A DNA stretch of 32,000 bases, from NCBI GenBank assembly GCA_016704485.1, contig JADJAA010000001.1, positions 2,271,975 to 2,303,974 on the forward strand. The letters are read 5' to 3'. Of the stretch, positions 8,893 through 16,339 are shown in pieces. The stretch's first letter is position 1. Each line of letters starts with the position of its first letter. Under the pieces are notes generated by a model. The model saw only the letters and a list, made by a program, of their open reading frames with translations. It was not told the DNA's origin and did no database searches. The position numbers were made by a program, and so were the translations under genes. Origin of the DNA: Flavobacteriales bacterium (GTDB lineage: Bacteria; Bacteroidota; Bacteroidia; Flavobacteriales_F; PHOS-HE28).

Positions 8893-9813
8893 TTGTGTGG
8901 TGGTCCAGTTATTAACAAATACGGCCAGGTTCGGGGTAAGCAACGGTACCGTTGCCGCACTTGTGGTAAGCAATTTTTAGGCGGCCAAACAAAGCAGCCC
9001 GAAGAACTATGGTTTGAGTATCAAGCTGGCAAACAGACTTACAGGCAGTTGGCTCTCAAGTATGGTTGTTCTATTCGGACCATACAGCGGACGTTGGACA
9101 AATACACAGGCACTGAAGCCAAGGCTGTTCTGCCATCTTCAGCCGTGGTTTTAATGGATACGACCTACTTCGGGAGAACCTTCGGTGTAATGGTGTTCAG
9201 GGATGCAACTACAGGCACAGTCCTGTATAGGAAATACGTAAAACATGAGACCAACCAGCTTTATGCGGATGGTCTGAAATTCCTTCGTGGACAAGGCGTG
9301 GAGATAAGCGCCGTTGTTTGTGATGGCCGACGAGGCCTGTTGCAACTCTGCAGAGGAATCCCGGTGCAAATGTGCCAATTTCATCAAGTAGCGATCATTA
9401 CCCGCTATCTCACTAGAAAGCCCAAGTTGCCAGCAGCCATTGAGCTGCGCCAATTGACACAGATGCTGAAGAAGACCGATAAGGAAAGCTTCACTGGGGG
9501 TCTACAACTATGGCATACCAAATGGAAGGCCTTCCTCGCTGAACGAACTGTGGAATCAACCACCGGCAAGTCACGTTATACGCACGGTCGCCTGCGGAGC
9601 GCACACCGGAGCCTATCGTGCAATCTGCCTTGGTTGTTCACTTGGTACGACTATCCTGAACTGGATATTCCCAACACCACCAATGCAATAGATGGCTACT
9701 TCGCAGACCTGAAGAACAAGCTTCGCAATCACAATGGCCTCTCCTTGACTCGGAAACAAAAATTTATCGATGAGTTTTTGAAGGCATGCGGACCTCGCGA
9801 TGGGAACGGTTGA
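8893..9813 (+). CDS. Transposase (N-terminal CxxC..CxxC zinc ribbon, HTH, DDE-type core), 5' end interrupted
   Basis: 306-aa ORF. It has RYRCRTCGKQF, an HTH-like YRQLALKYGCSIRTIQR, acidic-core candidates MDTTYFG and VCDGRRG, and TNAIDGYFADLKNKLR. The track start is TTG 8893. The first Cys pair (KKCSLCGG) extends upstream of it, with the only ATG (8873) out of frame across an A6 run. Confidence 0.75.
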   Translation: MCGGPVINKYGQVRGKQRYRCRTCGKQFLGGQTKQPEELWFEYQAGKQTYRQLALKYGCSIRTIQRTLDKYTGTEAKAVLPSSAVVLMDTTYFGRTFGVMVFRDATTGTVLYRKYVKHETNQLYADGLKFLRGQGVEISAVVCDGRRGLLQLCRGIPVQMCQFHQVAIITRYLTRKPKLPAAIELRQLTQMLKKTDKESFTGGLQLWHTKWKAFLAERTVESTTGKSRYTHGRLRSAHRSLSCNLPWLFTWYDYPELDIPNTTNAIDGYFADLKNKLRNHNGLSLTRKQKFIDEFLKACGPRDGNG

Positions 9814-9959
9814 TCCGAAGGTTCCGTTCCCATCCGATCATCGCTCAGTCATCAGGTTTATCCCTGGCAGGTTGCTCTCCAGCAGAGCCTACTTCCGTTT
9901 CGCCAGACACCCAAAGATCAGAATCGCAATTAGGTTCTCCAACAACGGTTGATAACTCG

Positions 9960-9978
9960 CCATTCGTTTTGTCCATTA
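9960..9978. repeat. Extra subterminal copy of the IS end sequence
   Basis: CCATTCGTTTTGTCCATTA is a perfect reverse complement of 8802-8820. It lies 40 bp inside the terminal copy at 10000-10018. Confidence 0.8.
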
Positions 9979-10022
9979 GAGACAAACGTCTCCCAAAAGC
10001 CATTCGTTTTGTCTATTACACC

Positions 10023-10030
10023 TCTTTATA
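10023..10030. repeat. Right 8-bp target-site duplication TCTTTATA
   Basis: Identical to 8790-8797 and directly abuts IRR. Confidence 0.7.
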
Positions 10031-10045
10031 ACAGGTGGACAGAGT

Positions 10046-10086
10046 GGACAGGGCAGCCGACGCGGCTCCCTGTCCTCCTTTGGTTT
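10046..10086 (+). terminator. Rho-independent terminator candidate, probably the displaced terminator of the ZIP gene
   Basis: GGACAGGG (10046-10053) pairs with CCCTGTCC (10068-10075). There is an inner AGCCG/CGGCT stem, followed by TCCTTTGGTTTT. Confidence 0.5.
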
Positions 10087-10139
10087 TAGCCTAAAACACT
10101 CTCCCCCATACTGATCAATCACAAACCACGTTCTTTACT

Positions 10140-10164
10140 TAACTTTGTACCGCAAAGTACTTTG
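10140..10164 (+). promoter_or_regulatory. Candidate Bacteroidota -7 box (TAACTTTG) overlapping a three-half-site operator-like motif
   Basis: TAACTTTG (10140-10147) fits TAnnTTTG. ACTTTG (10142-10147), a 5-nt spacer, CAAAGT (10153-10158) and ACTTTG (10159-10164) follow. CAAAGTACTTTG is a perfect 12-bp palindrome ending 2 nt before ATG 10167. Confidence 0.35.
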
Positions 10165-10166
10165 TA

Positions 10167-10823
10167 ATGGAAAAGCACGATCAACTCAATGACCTCGCCC
10201 ACATCCGTGGGTTGATGGACCGTAGTACCCGTTTTCTCAGCCTGAGCGGGATAAGTGGCGTTATTGCCGGAGTGGTGGCACTCGGTGGCGCAGCACTTGC
10301 GCAACATCATATTGCCGAGGCGTTGGGCTCTTCGCGCGATGTACTCACGTACGGAACCGGGAGCGAGTATGGCCAGGTGGATGAACTCCTGGTAACGCTG
10401 ATCACCGATGCTGCGATGGTTCTTGTCATTGCGCTCTCAGGTGCAGCGTGGTTCACGTGGAGGCGAGCTAAACGTACAGGACAGAACATGTGGGACGCAA
10501 GCGCGAAGCGGTTGTTGTGGAACATGATGATCCCGCTTTCTGCTGGCGGGGTGTTCTGCTTGGCCCTATTCTACTACGGCTTGCCCGGATTGGTGCCGCC
10601 AGCCACACTGGTGTTCTATGGCCTTGCACTCTTCAATGCAAGCAAGTTCACGTTGGATGAAGTGAAGTGGCTTGGTATAAGTGAACTGGTATTAGGCATC
10701 ATCGCATTGTTCTGGCTGCAGGCCGGACTGATGTTCTGGGCATTGGGCTTCGGCGTACTACACATTTTTTATGGCGGGTTGATGTATCTACGGTATGAGC
10801 GCAAGGATGCGATCAACAAATGA
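10167..10823 (+). CDS. Hypothetical membrane protein (first gene of the regulator-containing operon)
   Basis: 218-aa ORF with about 5 TM segments after the hydrophilic N-terminus LAHIRGLMDRSTRFLSLSG. An ATGA overlap joins it to the next gene. Confidence 0.6.
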   Translation: MEKHDQLNDLAHIRGLMDRSTRFLSLSGISGVIAGVVALGGAALAQHHIAEALGSSRDVLTYGTGSEYGQVDELLVTLITDAAMVLVIALSGAAWFTWRRAKRTGQNMWDASAKRLLWNMMIPLSAGGVFCLALFYYGLPGLVPPATLVFYGLALFNASKFTLDEVKWLGISELVLGIIALFWLQAGLMFWALGFGVLHIFYGGLMYLRYERKDAINK

Positions 10824-11107
10824 TCGAGCAACTCAATAAAGCATTCGAAAGTCGCGTTCGGCTGGGGATCATGGCCGTGCTGGTAGTACACCAGTGGGTT
10901 GACCATTCCATGCTGAAAGAACTTCTGGGTGTTACGGATGGCAATCTCGCTAGCCATCTCGCGGCCCTCGAACAATTGAAATATGTGCAAGTACGTAAGC
11001 GCTTCGTTGGAAAACGACCAAATACCAGCTACAAGGCAACACCCAGCGGAATTAAAGCGTTCCGCGATCACATTGATGCCATCGAACGTTTGATCCCTAA
11101 ACCCTGA
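10820..11107 (+). CDS. Small winged-helix transcriptional regulator (HTH_34/ArsR-like)
   Basis: 95 aa. The pattern FESRVRLGIMAVL....LKELLGVTDGNLASHLAALEQLKYVQVRKRFVGKRPNTSYKATPSGIKAF matches the winged-helix HTH_34-type family as I recall it. Confidence 0.8.
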   Translation: MIEQLNKAFESRVRLGIMAVLVVHQWVDHSMLKELLGVTDGNLASHLAALEQLKYVQVRKRFVGKRPNTSYKATPSGIKAFRDHIDAIERLIPKP

Positions 11108-11113
11108 CCCCCC

Positions 11114-12700
11114 ATGAATTCCTCCCCACAACCTTCTTACCCCTTGTTCAATATGGAACTCCCAGCGACTCTTGGTCGGTGGGTCCCGATAGCGACGGTC
11201 GCTGTTACCACTTTCGTTTTCGACTTTCTGTTCTGGGAACGTTCGGCCGGGATCAACGTGACGCTCTTCACGTTCTGGTCCACTGTTTTCTTGGTCATGC
11301 GTTACGGCTGGAAGGGACTTTCAACACCAGCAAAGTTCGCGTTGTTCGGCGCGCTGATATCGGCGGTCACGGTGTATGTCCATGACAGTTCGATCGCACT
11401 TGTCGCTAGCATATTTTCGCTCAGTGTTGCTGTTGCATTCGCGCATGAACCGCAGCTGCGAAGTGTGCTCTATGCATTGCCGCAGAGCATAACAAGCTTT
11501 GTCATGGCACCGCTTGCTGCATGGCAAGGGTGGGATGGTCTAGACGATGAGCAGAGTGCCAAAGGGAGCAAATGGGCTTGGTTCAGAGTGGCGTTGATCC
11601 CGCTTCTGATCGGGGTGTTGTTCCTGCAACTTTACAAAGCCGGGAACCCCAAATTCAATCAACTCACGGCCGGTTTTCTGGATGAATTCTATGATCTGCT
11701 GGCAGAGTTCTTTACGCCCCACATTTTCTTCTTGCTGCTGGCGATGGTGGTGAGTGCGGTGATCATGCGTCGCATCGCGCCAAGGTCTTTGAGTAATTCA
11801 GAGTCGCGCTGGACCGATGTGTTGTTGCGCAAACGGAAAACACGGCCACATTGGTTGGCGCCGGCATCCATGGGGCCGTTGGAACGTGAGCGCAAAGCTG
11901 GTCTGGTGCTGCTTGTGATCATGAATGCCATGTTGCTCGTGGTGAACGTGATCGATATCGATTGGTTCTGGTTCGGATTTACCGTACCCGAGAACTTCAG
12001 TCTGAAACAATTCGTGCATTCCGGAACATGGATGTTGATCATCAGTATCCTGTTGAGCATCATTATCCTCCTTCATCTTTTCCGTGGAAACCTTAATTTT
12101 TACAAGCGTTCCGGCTCCATGCGTGTGTTAGGAATAGCATGGATCGTGCAGAATTTCATCCTAGGCATTTCGGTGTTCTTGCGCAATTACCATTACATCA
12201 GCTTCCATGGATTGGCATATAAGCGGATCGGTGTTATCGTGTTCTTGCTATTGGTGCTGGTAGGGCTGGTAACGCTCTTCTTGAAAGTGCGTGATCGGAA
12301 AAGTTTCTTCTACCTCGCACGGTTGAATACCTGGGCATTGTTCATCACACTTGTCGGTCTGGCCTGTGTGGATTGGGATACGTTCATCGTACGGCACAAC
12401 CTGCATCACCAGAACAAAGGCGAGATCGACATCGATAATTACTTACACATGAGCGATAAGGTCTTGCCACTGCTCTATGTCAATTTAGATGTGATAGAAG
12501 CCCAAATGGCGCAGCACAGTAAGAATGAAGTGCGATGGGTATATCACTTGAACCCCGTTGAATTTCGTCGTGAACTGGATGTCAAGTACAGGGCATTTCA
12601 AGACCGTTACGCCGGGCAGCATTGGCAGGAATCTTCGTTGGCAGATGATGACACAGCTTTTCAAATGAGAAAGCTTGCCTTATGGACCGATAAACAATGA
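11114..12700 (+). CDS. Large polytopic membrane protein (DUF4153/DUF4173-like; assignment from memory)
   Basis: 528-aa ORF with at least 10 hydrophobic segments and a hydrophilic C-terminal domain of about 110 aa. It starts 6 nt after the regulator stop. Confidence 0.65.
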   Translation: MNSSPQPSYPLFNMELPATLGRWVPIATVAVTTFVFDFLFWERSAGINVTLFTFWSTVFLVMRYGWKGLSTPAKFALFGALISAVTVYVHDSSIALVASIFSLSVAVAFAHEPQLRSVLYALPQSITSFVMAPLAAWQGWDGLDDEQSAKGSKWAWFRVALIPLLIGVLFLQLYKAGNPKFNQLTAGFLDEFYDLLAEFFTPHIFFLLLAMVVSAVIMRRIAPRSLSNSESRWTDVLLRKRKTRPHWLAPASMGPLERERKAGLVLLVIMNAMLLVVNVIDIDWFWFGFTVPENFSLKQFVHSGTWMLIISILLSIIILLHLFRGNLNFYKRSGSMRVLGIAWIVQNFILGISVFLRNYHYISFHGLAYKRIGVIVFLLLVLVGLVTLFLKVRDRKSFFYLARLNTWALFITLVGLACVDWDTFIVRHNLHHQNKGEIDIDNYLHMSDKVLPLLYVNLDVIEAQMAQHSKNEVRWVYHLNPVEFRRELDVKYRAFQDRYAGQHWQESSLADDDTAFQMRKLALWTDKQ

Positions 12701-13179
12701 GCGATCTGCACTACATCCGGATATGGATCATCATCTTCATGGTAGCATTGATGATCAGTGGACTTACAGCTGTTCCGCTGGAGTGGGGTACACAATTATT
12801 GGCCGAGGTCACTGAGCCTTGGGGAGAACCTTGGTCCGGTTGGAGTGCTTATTCCGCAGAAGCTGTTGCACACGTGGGTAATACCTATCCAATGTTGTTC
12901 TACGGAACCGATTGGTTGGCCTTCGCCCATGTGGTCATCGCTCTTGCTTTTGTTGGTCCGTATCGCGATCCGGTGCGCAATCGCTGGGTGATCGAATGGG
13001 GACTCTGGTGTTGTCTGCTTGTGCTGCCATTGGCATTTCTATGGGCACCGGTCCGTGGTATTCCCTTCTTCTGGAGATGTGTTGATGCATCATTCGGTGT
13101 CATTGGCGCCATACCGCTTTGGCTTGTTCTTAAACGCATTGATCGCTTGGCTGTTCGAAATTCCGGTAGTGCCACATGA
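12697..13179 (+). CDS. Hypothetical membrane protein
   Basis: 160-aa ORF with about 4 TM segments. ATGA overlaps occur at both ends. Confidence 0.6.
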   Translation: MSDLHYIRIWIIIFMVALMISGLTAVPLEWGTQLLAEVTEPWGEPWSGWSAYSAEAVAHVGNTYPMLFYGTDWLAFAHVVIALAFVGPYRDPVRNRWVIEWGLWCCLLVLPLAFLWAPVRGIPFFWRCVDASFGVIGAIPLWLVLKRIDRLAVRNSGSAT

Positions 13180-14117
13180 AAGTTTTCTCACGCACCAAAC
13201 AAACCGAACTCCTCGTTGCATCATTGGTGCTGACCTTGGCGACAGGCCTTGCGATCGCTCCTGATGCGTACATCCCTATGCTTGCGCGGGCATTCCTGCT
13301 GCAATGGGCTGCCGTCTTTGCATTGATCGCTGTATTGGCTTTGAGTGCTATGCGTTGGTGGCTATTTCTCTCAACATCATTCGCTGTAGGACTTATCCTG
13401 ATCCAAGTGCGCGACCCGCAGATCGCAACCACAACTGTTGATATTGCTGGGCCATCCTTACGCATTGCACATATGAATGTGTTGCAACCCAATCTGAAGC
13501 ATGCGGATGCGATCGCGATCGCTGAAGAAAGCAATGCGGATCTGGTCTCATTCCAAGAAGTAAGTCCGGAATGGGCAGTTGCCTTGTCCAATGGATTATG
13601 CACCAGTTATCCATATCAACACCTGGAGCCACGCTCGAATTGCTACGGGATCGCGCTGTTCAGCAAGCTGCCATTCAACTCGGTGAATACATTGATCGTA
13701 GAGCATTCTCCGTTCATTGAAGCCATTGTACCTGTTGGTGGCGAAGCTGTACGTGTTCTAGCAATTCATGCGACCTCACCGATATCCTACGGTCATTTTC
13801 GGGAGCGTAATGCCCAATTGGATGAGGTGGCTCGTATAGTCGCTGCCGTAAGCATGCGCACCGTGGTCATCGGTGATCTCAATACCGTGCATTGGGACCG
13901 CGTCTATACACGCTTCTGTGCTAGTTCTGGACTCTTACCTACCACACGAACAGACCAACGGACATGGCCTTCCGTAGGGCCTTTGGCGTTGATACCGATC
14001 GACCATTTGCTTGTTTCGAAAGGGCTTTGCTCTGCAGAGGTCAGCTCTTTCGAAATTCCCGGAAGTGATCATAGAGGCTTATTGGCCGATCTGAAATTCA
14101 CACAGAATGCGCCCTGA
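13176..14117 (+). CDS. Membrane-anchored endonuclease/exonuclease/phosphatase (EEP) family protein
   Basis: 313 aa. About 3 N-terminal TM segments precede the EEP motifs IAHMNV, SFQEV, IHATSP, GDLNT and GSDHRGL, so all catalytic positions appear present. Confidence 0.8.
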   Translation: MKVFSRTKQTELLVASLVLTLATGLAIAPDAYIPMLARAFLLQWAAVFALIAVLALSAMRWWLFLSTSFAVGLILIQVRDPQIATTTVDIAGPSLRIAHMNVLQPNLKHADAIAIAEESNADLVSFQEVSPEWAVALSNGLCTSYPYQHLEPRSNCYGIALFSKLPFNSVNTLIVEHSPFIEAIVPVGGEAVRVLAIHATSPISYGHFRERNAQLDEVARIVAAVSMRTVVIGDLNTVHWDRVYTRFCASSGLLPTTRTDQRTWPSVGPLALIPIDHLLVSKGLCSAEVSSFEIPGSDHRGLLADLKFTQNAP

Positions 14118-14886
14118 CATTCAACGGATTTTCCTTTGGATGGCCGTATTCTTCATCGCAATGGCCTTTCTTGAAAGTGCCGTGGTTGTGTATCTCCGGG
14201 CCATGTACTATCCGGAAGGGTTTGATTTTCCATTAGTTGCTATGGATGGGCTTCTCGTGAATACAGAGGTCGGGAGGGAGATCGCAACAATGGTCATGCT
14301 ATTGGCGCCAGCAGCTCTGGTGACACGTTCCCGGCTAGAGCGGTTCGCATGGTTCTGTTTTGGCTTCGGGATCTGGGATATCTTCTACTATGTTTGGTTG
14401 AAAGTGCTTCTGGATTGGCCTGCATCCCTCACCGATCCTGACCTTTTGTTCCTTGTCCCGGTGCCTTGGGTGGGGCCGGTCTGGGCGCCTTGTGTAGTTT
14501 CTATAGGTCTGATAGCACTGGCGATAGTGATCCTGCGAGGCCGTTCCAACGTACATGGCTTTACTATCGATACGCGTTCATGGGTATTACTGATCGGTGG
14601 CGCCATGTTCATGATCCTTTCATTTACACTGGAACCGCTTCAAAGGTCGTTTGGCATTGATGCCTTGATGGATGGAACGCTGATGGCTGAAAGCCGGGCA
14701 AGTGGCTTGACGGATGGGCGATCATATATACCTGATTCCTATCCAATGCACTGGTTCTTAGTTGGTTGTGGCATGACGATCACTGGCTTGTTCTTTACCT
14801 ATACGAGAGGTGCTTCACGGGCTGATAATGGTAGTTCGTCAGCGCTAGGAATGCATTCATCTGCCGTTTCTGTTGATAAATTGTAA
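14107..14886 (+). CDS. Hypothetical polytopic membrane protein
   Basis: 259-aa ORF that overlaps the EEP gene by 11 nt, with about 6-7 TM segments. No family recognised. Confidence 0.6.
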   Translation: MRPDIQRIFLWMAVFFIAMAFLESAVVVYLRAMYYPEGFDFPLVAMDGLLVNTEVGREIATMVMLLAPAALVTRSRLERFAWFCFGFGIWDIFYYVWLKVLLDWPASLTDPDLLFLVPVPWVGPVWAPCVVSIGLIALAIVILRGRSNVHGFTIDTRSWVLLIGGAMFMILSFTLEPLQRSFGIDALMDGTLMAESRASGLTDGRSYIPDSYPMHWFLVGCGMTITGLFFTYTRGASRADNGSSSALGMHSSAVSVDKL

Positions 14887-14928
14887 CCATGGATGAAGCA
14901 ACCACGTTGAAAATGCAGCGTCTACATT

Positions 14929-15252
14929 ATGGAAAATCGAAAACAAATGGTTGCAGAAGCTAGAATATTCATCCGGTTGGCTCTATTGTCTTTCGTTGGA
15001 TTTGGATTCTACTACGCGCATTTATTCTTTGGGATCTTCGATAATGGCCTGGCGTTCAAAACGCTAGCAGTTACGTTCTTATTGGCTACAGTGCCTTTGC
15101 CGATCATCGCCATGAATAACAAGAAGCTCTTTCCGGAACTCAATAAGAGTGGTAAGAATGTGTTGACGTTGGTATCAGCGTTGTTGCTCTTTCATCACTT
15201 TTTGATGACCTTCATCTTCGTGATGTTCCTGAAAGGCGAAGTCTTATTCTGA
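14929..15252 (+). CDS. Small hypothetical membrane protein
   Basis: 107-aa ORF with about 3 TM segments, on the same strand 42 nt after the previous gene. Supported only by ORF length and hydrophobicity. Confidence 0.4.
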   Translation: MENRKQMVAEARIFIRLALLSFVGFGFYYAHLFFGIFDNGLAFKTLAVTFLLATVPLPIIAMNNKKLFPELNKSGKNVLTLVSALLLFHHFLMTFIFVMFLKGEVLF

Positions 15253-15353
15253 TCGGACCTAGTCCAGCGTGTAAAGTGGCCAGAAGTCCTGATCTATTCG
15301 TCTATTGATCTCCGCGACCCATTATTGAACCGCCTCTCTATCTTGGGGCCTTA

Positions 15354-16088
15354 ATGTGCTTGATCATCGTCGCTATTGGAGAACACCCTGAGTTCCCCTT
15401 GATCATTGCTGCCAATCGCGATGAATTCTTTGAGCGCCCAGCAAGACAAGCTGAGTTCTGGAATGATGCGCCACATATTCTAGCAGGTAAAGACCTACGC
15501 CGTGGTGGAACTTGGTTGGGAGTGACCAGAACGGAACGGTTCGCAGCGCTTACGAACTTTCGGGATCTCTCCCGTCCTATCGCTAATGGCCCTTCTCGTG
15601 GAGAACTTGTGCGCAATGCGTTGGATGCTGATATCGACCCTACGAGTTCGGAACAATACGATGGCTTCAATCTAATTTATGGGCCTATGGATGCGTTGAG
15701 ATATCACAACAACATTGATGGGTCGGATCTGCTGTTGAGCTCCGGCATTCATGGATTGAGCAATCATTTATTGGATACGCCATGGCCGAAAGTGGTTTCT
15801 GCCAAAATAGCTGTTGCAGCTGCAATGGATGGATCGACCGATCTTCTTGTGGATCGTCTTTTTTCTGTGCTTGGTTCTGCCGAACGTGCATCAGATAGTG
15901 ACCTTCCTAAAACCGGTGTTCCGCTTGAGTGGGAGCGATCCTTGTCTTCAATTTTCATTGCAACGAACGGTTATGGCACGCGTTGCTCAACGGTTCTCCT
16001 GGTCGACTTGCATGGAACGGTGACGTTCGAGGAAAGGACTCATTCGCCTGTTGCTTTACCAGCGGTTAAGTTCAGCTTTAAGGTCTGA
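15354..16088 (+). CDS. NRDE family protein (TANGO2/DUF833-like)
   Basis: The N-terminus MCLIIVA....PLIIAANRDEFFERP contains the Cys2 and NRDE motif that name the family. Confidence 0.85.
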   Translation: MCLIIVAIGEHPEFPLIIAANRDEFFERPARQAEFWNDAPHILAGKDLRRGGTWLGVTRTERFAALTNFRDLSRPIANGPSRGELVRNALDADIDPTSSEQYDGFNLIYGPMDALRYHNNIDGSDLLLSSGIHGLSNHLLDTPWPKVVSAKIAVAAAMDGSTDLLVDRLFSVLGSAERASDSDLPKTGVPLEWERSLSSIFIATNGYGTRCSTVLLVDLHGTVTFEERTHSPVALPAVKFSFKV

Positions 16089-16286
16089 AGCTTCCACTGT
16101 TCGATCCGTGAACTGAATCATTGACTTGAACAAACTCGATCCTACTGAAACTATTTGTAACACGGTTGCGTTATAAAGGCAGGGTTCGGGAAACCGTTCC
16201 CAAGGCATACTGATCACCAAGGGAAACTGCCTCGCGGCGTTAAAAATCCCGATCCGGGCCCGTAAGCCGGGAGATCAGGAAGAAAT

Positions 16287-16312
16287 GAAACCAGCCCCGT
16301 AAGGCTGGTTTC
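16287..16312. terminator. Bidirectional terminator hairpin between convergent genes
   Basis: GAAACCAGCC (16287-16296) and GGCTGGTTTC (16303-16312) form a perfect 10-bp stem with loop CCGTAA. T-rich sequence follows on the + strand. Confidence 0.5.
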
Positions 16313-16339
16313 GCCGTTTCTGAATGTTTCGTTTCAGGA

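Larger units (their letters stand above)
8798..10022 (+). mobile_element. Complete insertion sequence (1225 bp), IS1/IS1595/ISL3-like zinc-ribbon DDE transposase element, family unassigned
   Basis: IRL GGGTTAATGGACAAAACGAATGG (8798-8820) matches the reverse complement of 10000-10022 (GGTGTAATAGACAAAACGAATGG) at 20 of 23 positions. The element is flanked by the 8-bp direct repeat TCTTTATA and carries a single transposase ORF. Confidence 0.8.

Noticed and set aside
9960-10018. Two near-identical 19-nt repeats 40 bp apart as a possible mini-CRISPR
   Set aside because: There are only two copies. They are the reverse complement of the IS left end and lie inside the IS boundaries, so they are transposon end sequences.
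9786-10031. 81-aa ORF after the transposase gene
   Set aside because: It crosses the IS terminal repeats and the target duplication, is Ser/Pro-rich and has no supporting signal.
16170-16285. SRP RNA or riboswitch identity for the structured spacer
   Set aside because: I could not find the conserved SRP domain IV motif or any riboswitch core I recognise. There is also no downstream gene in the right orientation for a riboswitch.
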